Source: Octopus sinensis (taxonomy: Eukaryota). From it: DNA of 64,000 nt. The notes beneath the pieces are model-generated. The model ran no database searches, was not told where the DNA came from, and saw nothing but the letters and a program-made list of their open reading frames with translations. The stretch lies in NCBI RefSeq assembly GCF_006345805.1, contig NC_043018.1:13082001-13146000 (forward strand), in the 5' to 3' direction. The first letter of the stretch is position 1, and every line of letters starts with the position of its first letter. A program made the position numbers and the translations under genes. Shown one piece after another: positions 50,470 through 64,000 of the stretch.

Positions 50470-51341
50470 CGAGGTCTGATCAATAAATATCCGGACGGTT
50501 GCCATAATAACGAAACTAAAGCACACAGGGTGAAGCCACTTGGCACAGATTGGCCTTGAACTCTGCTGTGCATGCGCACTAATGATTCACATTCTAGCTC
50601 ACTTCCGCTGCTTACAGCAGTGCTTGGAAGGAAGGTGTGTAATCATCACACTGACCATGACAGAGAAAGTTGTCATGGCGATACCTGCTCAGAGGCCTAT
50701 GCAAAGTTGCAGAAAGTGGATGGAGAGGAGTGTATGAGCCACGCACAAGTGTAGGAGTGGTCAGACGTTTCTAAGATGGCTGAAAAAAATATCGATAATG
50801 ACGAATTTTCTGGGAGACCCACAACCAGTAGAACTGAGGAAAACATCAGATATGCATGCAGCTTTGAGGGGAAATTGTCAAATCACCATCCATGAGTTAT
50901 CAAAGGATGTGCAGATTAGTTATGGTTCAGTTCAGTCCATTATCACTGAAGATTTGAATATGAGACATGTCTGCCAAGTTTGTGTCAAAACTGCTTCCAG
51001 CTGACCAAAAAGACACTCGGGTTTCAGTGGCACAAGATCTTGATTCTGTTGAGAACGATGAAAACTTTGCATAGGTCTCTGAGCAGATATCGCCAAGCTT
51101 TTGGCGAAATTTGATGCAGATTCTCTGCTCAACTTTCTGTGTCATGGTCACTGTGACAATCACACACTACACACCTTCCTTCCAAGCACTGCTGTAAACA
51201 GCAGAAATGAGCTAAAACATTAACATTTAGTGCACATGCACTACAGAGAGGTCAAGGTCAATCTGTGCCAAGTAGCTTCAGTCTGCGTGCTTTAGCTTCG
51301 TCACTATAGCAACGGTCCAGATACTTATTGATCAGACCACG
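50470..51341. mobile_element. Non-autonomous mariner-type element with two inward-facing 5' ends (long inverted arms) and TA target-site duplication
   Basis: TA|CGAGGTCTGATCAATAAATATCC... at the left end and ...GATACTTATTGATCAGACCACG|TA at the right end. The interior encodes decayed transposase N-terminus (EQRICIKFRQKLG; SGRPTTSRTEEN; TEDLNMRHV). Confidence 0.9.
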
Positions 51342-52039
51342 TACACTGGGAAAAAAAAAAAAAAAGTACAACTAAAACCCTATCCCCATCAGTGTTTAAC
51401 AGTGATACACAGTGCTATATGGACCTCAACTTACAAAAAATTAAATTGGTACATTTAATATTAAGCAGAAAAGACAATTAAACCAAGTTGATTTTAATGT
51501 CTAAATTACCAATCATTAAAAACTTTAAAATCTGAACCATTCCAAGCACTTGGAAATAATCATAAAGCAACATTAAATATATATTAAAATGTCGTATATC
51601 TCAAGCTGTTACACTTGAACATCTCATTTATCTATTAAAAATTAAAAAAAACAAAACCAACTGACATAAATCTATTTCTAAATTGCTGGCACAACTAAAT
51701 AGGTCTAAAAAAAAAAAGAAAAAAAGAGTTAGCTTGATTAAGAAGAAAAAGAAACGCAATTCAAAATAAATTTGGAGTTAAAGTTCTAACAGAACAGTTG
51801 ATGTGAAATTTCAATATTCCTAAGATATGAGACAAGATTTATACTAATATAAAGACAATAGCATCTAAAACAATCATTAAGATTCATAAACATTATAGAG
51901 AAATACTTGACTCAGGCAAAGGCAGAATAGACACAAGGTTGAGGTATTTGACAACTAGGTGCAAGGTTCATTGTTCCAATATTAATTTAGCCAAGAGAAA
52001 TAATAATAATAATAACAACAATGACAACAATAATAATAA

Positions 52040-52825
52040 TCTTTTCTATTCTAAGCACAGGCCTGAAATTTTGGGGGAGGGGGCCAGTTGATTAGATCGA
52101 CCCCAGTACACAATGAAATGCCGCTAAGCATTTTGCCCGGCGTGCTAACGTTTCTGCCAGCTCGCTCCTTTAGGAAGTATAATATTCCTTTCTACTATAG
52201 ACACAAGGCCTGAAATTTCAGGGGAGGGGATAAGTTGATTACATCGACTCCCAGTGTTCAACTGGTACTTTTTTTATCGACCCCAAAAGGATGAAAGGCA
52301 AAGTCGACCTTGGTGGAATTTGAACTCAGAACATAAAGACAGCCGAAATACTGGTAAGCATTTTGCCCAGCGTGCTAATGATTCTAATAATAATCTTTTC
52401 TATTGTAGGTATAAGGCCTGAAACTTTCGGGGAGGGGACTAGTCAATTACTTGACCCCAGTGTTTCACTGGTACTTATTTTATCAACCCTGAAAGGATGA
52501 AAGGCAAAGTCAACCCCAGCAGAAATTGAACTCACAATGTAAAGACGGACGAAATACCTACCACTAAGCATTTTGCCCAGCAATTTTGGCAGCTACAACA
52601 ACAGCAGCAGCAACAATAATCCTGTCTACTATAGGAACAAGGCTGGAAATTTTGAAAGAGAGAGAGTCAACTATATTGACCCCAATGATCAACTGGTACT
52701 TATTTTATCAACCCTGAAAAGGATGAAAGACCAAGTCAACCTTGGGGAATTTGAGCTCAGAGCATGAAGATGGAAGAAATGCAGTAAAGCATTCTGTCTG
52801 GCATGCTGACAGTTCTGCCACCTCA
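52040..52825 (-). mobile_element. Four tandem copies of tRNA-derived SINE family B. Single copies at ~15110-15330(+), 29440-29590(-), 45730-45930(-) and 58925-59095(+)
   Basis: The unit GGCCTGAAATTT...CGACCCC...AAAGGATGAAAGGCAAAGTCGACC...GAATTTGAACTCAGAAC...TAAGCATTTTGCCC recurs about every 200-230 bp. Confidence 0.85.
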
Positions 52826-55800
52826 ATACCTTCATGACAATAATAAAAGACTGTCTTAATTCAAGAAAAGCTGTAACACAATAATGAGATCAATCAATAT
52901 AAATGCATGTTGAGGATTTAATTTGGAAGTGAAAGTGCAACTGCAAAACAAAGAATTCCAGGTATGTGAACCGGACACTGATCCTGTAGTTTTCCATTTA
53001 TTCAAGAGGGAGCTAAATAAGGATGTCACTCCTTAAACCACAAAACAATCTACTCCAGAGATCTGTTATTAACCCTCTTTGACAACAAATCATCTCAAAA
53101 TACCTGTAGTTCTACAACAGAACAATCTCCCTTTTAAACTGTTTATATTTCAGTCAAAGCCTTCTATTATAATTATTACAAAACTATAAAAAAATTACTT
53201 TACTAAATACTTTCAAATTTTTGATTATTTGCAATAATAACTGAAACAGTGTATAAGTAGTAAGGCCATGAAAGCTACATAAATAAAATATATTTAATCT
53301 GTACAGGATAGATAGATTCACAACAAAGTATGAAAGAATATGAAAAAGGAAGTGATAACAATGTTTCCAAGAACATCAGAAATAATTTAAACAATAATTC
53401 TAAAGTCAGAGAGAAGAGTAAAAATTGCACAGAACAACATTCATTAATCATCATTTTTATGCTTGCATTTCCATGCCAAGATGGGATGGATGTGTTGAAA
53501 CCAGTATTCTTCAGCTGGATGCACTTGGATATTGAGCCTGACTTCTTTATACGAACCTCTGAACTGAGTAATTTTGTTTACGTAGGACACAAACATTGTT
53601 ACTGATTGGTGTCAATGAAAAGATGTAGAAAAACAAATACACACAAATGCAAAGGGCTTGCTTAGAGTTTTCTTCTACCAATCTCCACACACAAGATCTT
53701 GGTAATCTAAGGATACAGTAGAAGACACTAGTCAAAATACCACACAGTGGTACTAAACCTGAAAGTACATGGTTGCAATGCCAACTTTTTAACTGAACAG
53801 TCTTGCCATATTAGAAAAAATGAAAAGCAATGACCGTCAAGTTCAGAGTCTACAACTACTAAACACATGACCAAGGATTGAAACCTTTTACTATGGCAGC
53901 ACAACAGATAATTTCAGCCTTAATTTTCTTGTCTGACATGACTTCTCTTTCACTTCACAATAGTAAAAAGGAAATCAACTATGGTAATAATAGGCAAATT
54001 TCACAAGTATTACCAAAAATCATAATAACCAAAAATATAATTGGAGTGGTTATTTTACAGTTAGATGGCCTTCCCCCACAACTGGCAACTTAACGATTCC
54101 CACTGCTTAATTTAGACATTGTAATATTTCACATCTTTAAATTAAGTCACTGAAAAATGATCTCATGCATCAAACCACATGCATCTTGAGCTTTTGAGGA
54201 TCCTGTGGGCAATTACTCCTCTTCAGGCAAGGTGTGTGTGCTCAAACTCATCATTCGAGTTTCATTCAGCTGCATATAAAACATATTTTGCAAAAGTACA
54301 CATACAATATACATGTTTGCTAATTGTAACTACCTCTAGTATTATCAAACAGAATAGATTCCAAAAGACAACAGGTAAAAATTAACACAAATCATTAAGA
54401 GAGACCAGAGAAGAAAAACAAACAAAAACCAATCGCCGTAACAGTAAGGTTTGTCCAATCAAATGGCAGGATCTCAGTACTGTATTCAATGAAAGAAATT
54501 TTAATGAAAAATACATTAGGATTTCTTGCAGACTGGTGAAAAACAATAATTGTAAATGCACGAGATATAAGTAGAGCTATTAGAGATGCGGGTAGCAAGG
54601 GAAGGTTTGAAAGAAAAACTGTGGTTAACACAAATGGCTTACAAGAAAACAAAGATAAATTCTGCTAGTTAGAATGTAGTATATATAGAGTCACTAGGAT
54701 AAAAACGGACTGGGACAGAGTCCAGAGAACTGTTACTTCCAATGGTATTGAAAGGTTTTGCTGTGTGTAAGAAAGGCAGACGATATATAAGACATCATAT
54801 AACAGTGAAATATGTATGGATGCTGAACACAGAAGACCAACAATGAGTGGGGAAACGAAAAAAGATAACATATGATCCATTGAATGTGCAAGGCTGGATA
54901 CAAATAAATTAAAGCAGCTTGGTACCTGAGCAATTAGCAATGTACTCGTTAAGCTAGCCAGCTTGGCCAGTGTGTGTGTGTGTGTTTAACACTTTAGCAT
55001 TTAAACTAGACCTATCTGGCCTCTCATACCTACCCTACAATGTCCCTGTAAATAGAAACAATATATATGAAATCTTGAAGCTAATATGAATAAAATAAGC
55101 ATTACATTTGAGAGAGTTATCTGAATGCTGCAGGGTTAATGTAATGCTACATGCTGAACGAAATAGCTAAGAGACAACTGGGTCCTTCCTTTGAACCATT
55201 TGTTCTTCAGTCCCACCATCAAACATAAGTTACAAGGCAACTTCACTAGTGCTGGTCAAAAAATAAAAGAAAACAAATGCAGCAGACACTGTAAAGTGGT
55301 CGGCATTAGGAAGGGCATCAAGCCATTGAAACTGCCAAAACTGAGACACTGAGGAAAGATGTCTTCTGACCCATTGGATCCAATCAAACCATGCCTCCTG
55401 CATGGAAGACTCATGTAAAATGATATCTTTTGCTTTTGACTGGTGACAAGAGGGGTCAAGTACAGCCATCAAAACCATGCAACAACATTAAATAGAATTA
55501 TGGCAAAACCAAAATTCTAACAGAAAAAAAAAAAAAGTTCCTGACATCAGGAGATAGTTCACTAAAATTTCATGAAAACAACATAGACTAATGTATAACT
55601 ATAGTTACAGAGCAATTATATAAAATCCAGATTATTTGAAAATCATTGAGTTTTATCTCATGATCAACCAAAAGGAATTTCAAAATTTATTTTTAGTAAG
55701 ACAGATCACACGTTTTAAAATTATCTGCTACCCCAACCAAATCTTATTTGAAATATTATTTCATATTCCATCACAATCAATGATTGGTAACAATTACGAC

Positions 55801-56364
55801 TATAATATGATACCATATCAGCCACTACTTCACACAATATTCATATAATGTAAAGAAATTTTACAAAACCTAATATTTTAGCTGATTCTACAGAATCTAA
55901 TATTTTAGCAGATAATGGAAAAAGAACTTAGCTGGTCTTCTCCGATTTATATTACAGAAAATACTCCATGGTATTTAGTTACATCCCTTTAAATGTGAGT
56001 CAAATGCCAGTTGGGTCAGCTTTACTGGTCATCCTACAAAGGCCAGTAAATTGAAGTACCAGTTAATTACTGGTGATAATTTTAATGGCTCTTCTCTTCC
56101 ATTAAAAGTTTTGACCAAGTGCCATAAAGGAAGATAGTACCTTTACCTCCTATAGGATAAAACTAGGGCCCAGAGACAAAACACTTGCAATGAAACATAA
56201 AAGTGCAAGCCACAACAGAAGAAAGTCTATCTTATCGGCCTTGCAAAGTATAGAAATCTCATCAAATGGCCAAGGATTCAATTTCACATCATTTCAATGA
56301 CATTTCTTTATAAGTCACAATGGATCTAATTATTAGGCATTTCTACAAACTTCTCTGCATGTTA

Positions 56365-57500
56365 TGGAGGTGGGTTGAAAAGTTCATAAGGAGTGATGCG
56401 AGAGCTGTGAAATCTTGCAGGCATTCATTTCAACTCTTCTTCCTAACAACTGCATTGTTTCTTTCCAGGTAAGCTGACATCTGACTGTTCAAAGAAGACT
56501 TCAAAAGTAACTAGTTGCGACTCCTCTTGAAAACAGACAAAATTTGGCATATCATTAAGTACCTGTGGAAAGAGGGTTTAGCCCCCAAGGATATTCATGC
56601 TGACATGATTACTATATAAGAGGATGATGCTCCAGCTTTATCAACAGTGCAAAAGTGAGCAGCTGAATTTAGGAAGGGAATGACCCAGCATCTGGACATC
56701 CTGCGACTGCCAACACTGAGGAAAACACTTATTGTTTTCACCACATGGTGATGGATGACAGGCGATTGACAATAAATCAAACAGCCAATGCATATGCGGT
56801 GAGAGAGTTGAGAATATTCTGCACAATGAACTTGGCAAGACAAAGGTCTCTGCTCAGTGAGTGCAATGTCTTCGAATACCTGATCAAAAGGGCACCAGGC
56901 TGATCACATCATGGGAAAACCTAACATTGCTTGAGGCAGATCCAGCTCGTTTCCTTTAACATTTCCTGACCAAGGATGAGTGTTGTGTTCATCACTTTGA
57001 ACCAGAAACAAAGAGGCAATCCATGCAGAGGAGACACTCCTCTTTACCTGCTCCAAAGAAAGCCATAGTCGTTTCATCTGCAGGGAAGGAGATGGCCTCA
57101 GTTTTTTTGGGATTCAAAAGACATTGTTTCTTGAATGTCTTCAAAAGGGTAAACCATCAACGGAGAGAGCTATGCCAACATGCCAAGGCAGTTACAAAAG
57201 GATATTAACACCAAACACCTAGGACAACTGATGGAAGGGATCTTGTCTCATCAGGATGATGGTCCAGTATAAAAGTCCTTGTTTCAATGACTGCCGTGCA
57301 TAACTGGCTTTGAGCTGGTTGATCATTCTCCTGATTTGGCCCCATCTGATTATCACCTGTTCTCCACATCATACCTGCCGTTGATGGCTTTTTTGACCAA
57401 CAGGATGAAAGCTTTGTCACCTATGGGATCCAAGCACTGCAACACCAATGGAAGAAGTATGTGGACCACAAGGGAGACTATGTTGAAAATAAACCTCATT
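56365..57500 (+). mobile_element. Decayed mariner (DD34D) transposon, near full length, 3' TIR not evident
   Basis: Frameshifted remnants of APKDIHADM, LSTVQK, TKDECCVHHFEPETKRQS, HQDD(NA)P and SPDLAPSDYHLF. Confidence 0.85.
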
Positions 57501-58251
57501 AACCAAGAAATTGTACACCTAAACAAAGACAAGTCAATTGTCATGTTTATCTAGACATTGTTGTCTATAATATATTTCTTTTTCTACTATATATATATCA
57601 AATTAAATAAATAAAAAAATTATTTTAAACATAATTGGCGTTAGGAAGGGTATCCAGCTGTAGAAACATTGCCAGATAAGACCGGAGCCTGGTGCAGCCT
57701 TCTGGCTTCCCAGATCCCCGGTCGAACCGTCCAACACATGCTAGCATGGAGAACGGACGTTAAACGATGATGATGATGATGTCAAAATAAATAACTGAAA
57801 TATTTACAGTAGATCAAGATGGAAGCAGAAATTCCAGTCTCTAAAGACTCCATACCCTGACAGTTTCTGACAATTCCTTATTCAGGAATACTTTTTGACT
57901 GAGGAAGAGGGGGCGCCATATGACTTCCTTATGAACCAATTAAGTTAGACACAGATACAATCTTTTTTTTAAATTTTTTTTTTAAATGGAAATTAGTGGA
58001 AATAATTTGAGAAAACTTATCACAGACATGCCTTAAAGCAGAGATATGTTACCAGTTTATAATTTCTGCGTTTGCATACACTTGATCATTTTTCTCATCT
58101 AGCTGTGATAACAGTTCTCTTCTTCAAATTCACTTACAAAGTATTGATTGCCAAGGAGCTATAGTGGAGAACACTTCTCCAAGGGGCATTGCAATGGGTC
58201 TAAACATGAAACCATGCAGCCATAACTAGCTAGCCAGAATTACCTAAAACA

Positions 58252-58298
<47 letters not shown>

Positions 58299-59244
58299 TG
58301 TTAGGAAGGGCATCCAGTCATAGAAACCATGCCAAAACAGACATGGAGTCTGAACAGCCCTCCAGCTGGTCAGCTCCTGTCAAACTGTCCAACCTACGCC
58401 AGCATGGAAAACAGACATTTGTTGATGATGATGGCGACATGTGGTTCCCCCCCAGAATAAACCACCTACTTTTAGGAATATTAATAGCTAATATTAAATG
58501 TAGCACCATTCTGCATTGATCTATTTCTGATATTAATAGCTTCACCTTGTCAAGTGTCAACTGTTGCATTATTTTAAACATGAACAGGTTATATATACTC
58601 CAATTGTGTAGACAAGGTCTTCTCTTTTACAAGAAAACTCTTCCATAAGCCTATATATAACCTCTGAAACGCTCAACAGGGGACCAACTTTAACTTATTA
58701 GCTCTACTTCTGTCTGTTATAAAGTACTGATAAGTTTTTAAATACCAATCAAATTCTGAATTTTACATGTCATTTCATAGATATTGATAAACTAGTGATA
58801 AAAATCTTTCAGTACAAGTCGTCTTAATACTGCAGCATCTTTTCCCTGCTGCTACAGCTAACTTCCCTATTGTGCTTCAATTTGGTCCAATAATCATCAA
58901 ATTTATTTTTCAATAATACAACAAACTGGCAGAACCATTAGAGTGCCAGAAAAGGGCTTTCCAGCTCTTTACAATATAAGTTCAAATCTTGCAAAGTTTA
59001 ACTTAGCCTTTAATCCTTTCAGGTCAATGGTATTGGGGGTCGATGGAATTGGGTTGTCCCTTGTCCTCAAACAGCTAGTCTTATGCCAAAATTAGAAACA
59101 AAATGACTTCTGTCATCTACTGGTATCAGGTAAGATGACAGCATCTTTCTGTGCTTCTATTCAATACCACATTACTTGGGAGACAATTTATGCATTCACT
59201 ACTAAGTACTTAGTTATACTTTAATGTCTGCATTCCACATAGGA

Positions 59245-59566
59245 GCACTCCGTCGGTTACGACGACGAGGGTCCCAGCTGATACGATCAACAGAACAGCC
59301 TGCTCATGAAATGAACGTGCAAGTGACTGAGCAATCCACAGACACGTGTACCCCTAACGAAGTTCTCAGGGAGATTCAGCATCACACAGAATGTGACAAG
59401 GCTGACCCTTTGAAATACAGGTACAACTCATTTTTGCCAGCTGAGTGGACGGGAGCAACGTGAAATAAAGTGTCTTGCTCAAGGACACAACGCGTCACCG
59501 GGAATTGAACTCACAACCTTACAATCGTGAGCCGAATGCCCTAACCACTAAGCCACACACCTTCAC
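59245..59566 (-). mobile_element. tRNA-derived SINE family C. Related copies at ~23900-24102(-) and 39510-39640(-)
   Basis: Minus-strand head GTGAAGGTGTGTGGCTTAGTGGTTAGGGC...GAGTTCAATTCC followed by GTGTCCTTGAGCAAGACACTTT. Confidence 0.8.
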
Positions 59567-59839
59567 ATACATCAGATTGAACTGTCATTGAATGTACATT
59601 TTTTAAATGCAATTTCTAGTGTATATCTTATAATACACACTCTACAAACTATAGACTAGATCAAATTTAATGACATGTATGAAATATGCTTGTCATTCTC
59701 AAGGTAACAACAACAAAAAAAACTTTTTTTAAATTAATTAAACTTCCCATGGAAAACATTCTATATTTCTACCTATATCAAACTCAAAACACATTATTGT
59801 TGGCTCCACTCCAAAAGCTGCTTTCCAGAAACAATACCA

Positions 59840-60495
59840 GCAGCCCTTCTTCTTGCCTTGTCTTGAGACAGCATTCACCCAGGGTGGGTTGAGCTGGCTT
59901 CATTCATCTCCAATGCTGCATCTCTCACAAACGCCGGCCAGGCCTGGCGATTTGAGGCTAACGACCGCGTGATCTCCAACCACTCCCTATTCCAGCAGTG
60001 AATGCTGTAGACATGGGGGCCTAGGTTGGGTTCCAGATCAGCCTTGACTGTCATTAGCCAGGTTTTTCATTGTCCACCACATCGTTTTCGTCAACCCTGA
60101 AGGGGAGCTGGGGCAATTGCTTCGTAGATGAATTCTCCTGGTTGACGACGGAGAGCATGATCCAGCCAACGCAGACGTCTCGTTAGGATGACTTGTCGGA
60201 GGGAAGTGATTTTACACTGGTGTTACACCGAATTGTTGGAGACAAAGTAATGCCATCGGACACGAAGGATGCAGCGTAGACAGAGGTGATCGAAGGATTC
60301 TAGTCGCTTAATATCTTCCACCCTCATCGGCCATAAAGGAGAATCGTTCAAACTAGTGCTTGGTAGATCCGTACTTTGGTGGTGCGTCGAATCTCAGATC
60401 TTGACCAGAGTCGTGCAGTGAGTCTGTTGAAGGCTTGGCGAGCATGGTCGATTCGTGTTTTAATGTCAGCCTCACCTTGACCTGTGACCAGCAGC
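59840..60495 (-). mobile_element. 5'-truncated RTE-clade LINE fragment (C-terminal part of the RT ORF, decayed)
   Basis: The minus strand reads EADIKTRIDHARQAFNRLTARLWSRSEIRRTTKVRIYQALV*TILLYG, then LRWLxHALRRQPGE and KTWLMTVKADL. It is a GC-richer island. Confidence 0.8.
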
Positions 60496-60934
60496 CCTTA
60501 TTTACTCACAGTCAGCTACAATCACCAGTCAGGATATTAGATCCCTATTACATCTTTTAATTGGATGACATACACAAATTAGATTTCCTGTCTATATTTT
60601 AAACATGGTCACACCCTATTATCTTAAGGAATAAAGGATGCAATGGATAATGTAGTCCAAGACATACTGCATGTGAAAATATGACAGGATGGCCATTGCT
60701 GAAACACTTTTAATTAACAGTAATAATATACCTATTTCTCTGGTGATGTTGTCTTTTGAATAATTTTAGTTTTATCTTTGGTCCCAATCACCTGAGATCT
60801 GTTCTTGGTAACCACTTTCACAATACAAGAATTATCAGCTTACTATAGAGATCAAACAGTCCAAATACCAGAATGTTTGTGTGTGTGTGTGTAAAATATT
60901 CAACAATGTATGAAATGACAGAATCTCCTCTTAC

Positions 60935-61045
60935 CTCCACCTTGCATCATTTTGTAGATTTTGCTTTCTATGTGTAGCTGTGGGTGTTTTGTCTTCACAC
61001 ATTCTAATTTGATTGCCACTTCCTCACCATTAGATATATCAGTAC
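60935..61045 (-). CDS. CSNK1D: CK1 delta/epsilon exon 2 (111 nt, phase 1-1): (G)[36 protein letters not shown]
   Basis: Read manually; the + strand ORF 60961-61170 in the track overlaps it but is spurious. Acceptor ttttctcttaaag|GT and donor GGAG|gtaaga. Contains the catalytic Lys (VAIK) and the helix C Glu. Confidence 0.97.
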
Positions 61046-64000
61046 CTTTAAGAGAAAAACAAAACAGAAATAGATTTTGGAATTACATTAAAATAATACT
61101 GAATACAAAGGGAAAAGTTTATATTTTAAGGGAAGAAGGGAGAACTAGTTTTACTTTTCAAATCGTTTAAGCAGCAGTGCACCCCCCCCCCCAATCATTA
61201 CCGTTACTGAAGAAGAAATACTAGAAACCAACAACACTAGTGATGGGGTGTTTGTATCTGCACAAAGAAAACAGTTAAAATTTGTAAAGTAAAATAAATT
61301 TGTTGTGCAATGCAAAGAAGAAATGAATTAGGACAGGAAGGAGAGGAACAAACTTTCACTGAAATGAGTTGTTTCACTGATATTAAACTTGAAAGGTAAA
61401 GAATCTTCTTATTCTACCATGCATCACACAACAACAACAAGTGACAGAATAAAGACATAAAAAAAAACTAAGAGAACTTTCAATTGAGTGAACTGTTTTG
61501 AAAAATCCATATAAAAATAACAAAATAACTACACCAAACTATAAAGCATCTAATAAGACAAAGCCATCTCAAAACCTTGATTATCTTCAATAAACATGCA
61601 CAAAAATTACTGCTTTAGCCCTAGGACTAGGTTAAAAATAAAACCTGCTGTTAAGCCATCCAGTTATATCTACTCACAATGACCCCCCCCCTTACCTTAC
61701 TGAAGTGATGCAGGAAGAAAACAACGTGGGTTGCATTTGAAAGAAAAACAGTAAACATAAACTCTTGGTCGAGTTATCAGACATAATGAGAGGGTTCCCT
61801 ATGCATGAGAAAATAGAAGATGGGGAAAGGTGGTGGTGTACGTTTGATCAGAGCTGATTTAAGGTTAAGCAACAACCTTGCTAACAGAACAAACTTAAAA
61901 ACGGTTTCTCAGACTTGTCCTGTCTTCATACTGCTTGCTTAGTTTAGAGCGTTTGTTATGAACCGAGGGAAAATATGCTTTCCAAGAAAATGGCCACATC
62001 AGGTTTGAGAAAGTTCTGCAGATATCACAGCCTCACCAAAGAAAACATGAGAAACTTCCCTTCAAAAATGAGCTTCTAGTATCACCTGCCTGGAGGTTTA
62101 GACCTAAACCAGACTATTAAGCAATTAAAACTTTTGTTAATAATAATTTGCCCAATCATACTGCCTGTTGTTACCTAATCATATCTCTGCAATTTGTAGG
62201 TGCCAGGCAGAGTTTAAGATTAGGGGGAAAAAAAACCCCAGCACCCGAATGTATGATTTGATTGCTCCCAATTGATCTACAAAAGCCGTAGCGTGAGCCT
62301 ACCTTCTCTGCATATCCTAAAAGGAAATCTGTACTAGATTACCCTTTTCAAAATAGAAGGTAAAAGCCAAACGCTTTGCTAAATAAAACAATTATAGATT
62401 TTGAAGAAAGGATTTCAGATATCTGTTAAAATACACAGTTAAAGAAAAAGAGAGAGAAAAAAAAAAAGAAAACTCAAACTGACTACTAGGGTGGAAATTA
62501 TTGATGACGTTTGTATACTTGAGAAGCGTATAATCTTAATATTGTGAGTAAAGCCCTTTACCAAAGTTCCTTATTCCACTGAAAAGCTTTGCTCAAAACA
62601 GTGTGATTCTTGTCTCCTCCCCACAACAAACAAACCGATCCAAATTTAGGAACTTTACAGTTTTCCTCCAGTATTTGCTCACTTCTTTACTTTATGAAAA
62701 TTATAACAATTAAAATAAATTAATTTCACACATATTCATCAAAAATAGAGAATCTTTAAAATCATTTTCATACTATAACCTGCTACATGAAAATAATAAT
62801 CATCATCATCATTTAACGTCCACTTTTCTATGTTTGCATAGGTAGGACAGAGTTTATTGGAAGTAGATTTCTTGAGCTGGATGCCCTTGCTGTCACCAAC
62901 CCTCACTTGTTTCCAAGCAAAGTCATATTTCCCCTCCAGGGCCAGACATGGTCTCAAGGAATGTTGGAAATGAATGACACACATTTACAACTAAATTGAA
63001 ATATCAAAACAAAGAAGCACAAACAGACAGACAGACACTCACAAATATGCACATATTCATATATATACATACAACCAGGGTTTTTTTCAGTTTCCTTCAA
63101 CTAAATCCACTCATAAAGAGCTTTGGTTGGCCTAGGGCTATAATAGAAAACACTTGCCCAAGATGCCATGCAGAGAGACTGAACCCAGAACCATATGGTT
63201 AGGAAGCAAACTTCTTACAGAACAGCCATGCCTACACCATAATGTGTAACAATATTAAACTCCTGGGTTTGCCTTAAAAATAAATTTTAAAAACTGCAGT
63301 TTTCTTTCTTTTACTTCTAATAAAAAGAAGCATCCAGAGCATTACATCAGTAATAATGTTCAGAGTAATGAACATTCAGAAATCTTTTATTTACAGTAGT
63401 TTAATCACTAACCAACACAGTGGGTCTGATTGTTTCACTTAAGAGTTTCATTTAAGTCAAACCCAATGCACCTTTGTCCGAACATGTTTTTTTTTTGCCA
63501 AAGCATACTCATTTAAAAGACTCATTTACACATAATCCTTCATCAGAGGAACAACACAACAAAAACTCTATGTCCATACTTAAACAAAACTGCACAATAC
63601 ATATAGTTAAAAGAAAATCTAAATGAGTCATTAGTATTCTTCGTATTCTCTTCTAACTGGTGCAAAACCATTCAAAGACGGTTTTTGTAAGATTGGCTTT
63701 TGTGAGGAATTAAAATCACTTGAAAAGTATCACATTTTTAGTATCTATTATTCCATAGAAATTAGATAACCTACAAGGCAAATGTAAAAAGGTCCTGGTT
63801 TTCTAATGGCAACCAAGAAAGATCAACAAAATTATCTTATGCAACTATTTTCAATGCTCTACTATCTAACCTTTTAGCTTAAGTTCTAAGAACAAACCTT
63901 TTGAGTTGAACCTATCTGACACTGCCTCTTGTTCTTTTATAAAAAAAACTACCTATTTTAAAGTATTCCTATTAAAACCAAAACCTTCCAATTAAAATTG

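Noticed and set aside
61046-64000. Search for CK1 exon 1 (MELRVG...GSGSFG)
   Set aside because: No matching sequence was found, so exon 1 and the promoter must lie beyond the window.

Overview
Eukaryotic, AT-rich genomic DNA, very likely from an octopus; this is inferred from the abundant SINE/RTE repeat families and microsatellite load, which resemble octopus repeats as I recall them. The whole window lies in one large minus-strand gene for casein kinase I delta/epsilon (CSNK1D/E-like, the doubletime orthologue group). Coding exons 2-7 are at 61045-60935, 45502-45354, 40970-40742, 38594-38424, 36404-36256 and 35549-35408. All have GT-AG boundaries and join in frame; the ATG exon lies beyond 64000. 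Exon 7 ends in phase 1 and is followed by a ~32 kb region with several phase-1-compatible last exons. The distal exon (3277-3042) carries the conserved delta/epsilon tail motif. A second GC-rich, coding-like exon (17869-17610) has its own poly(A) signal and an internal donor that could make it a 24-nt microexon. Weaker candidates lie at 32933-32737 (hydrophobic, Cys-rich) and 10495-10428. The same region holds a cluster of fold-back structures: a perfect 109-bp-arm palindrome, a Tc1-type MITE containing a SINE fragment, and inverted SINE pairs. The introns are filled with tRNA-derived SINEs, RTE LINE 3' ends, decayed mariner elements (one with two inward-facing 5' ends), TTAA-flanked MITEs and microsatellites. 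Nearly all ORFs in the supplied track are spurious. Repeat boundaries are approximate by eye.
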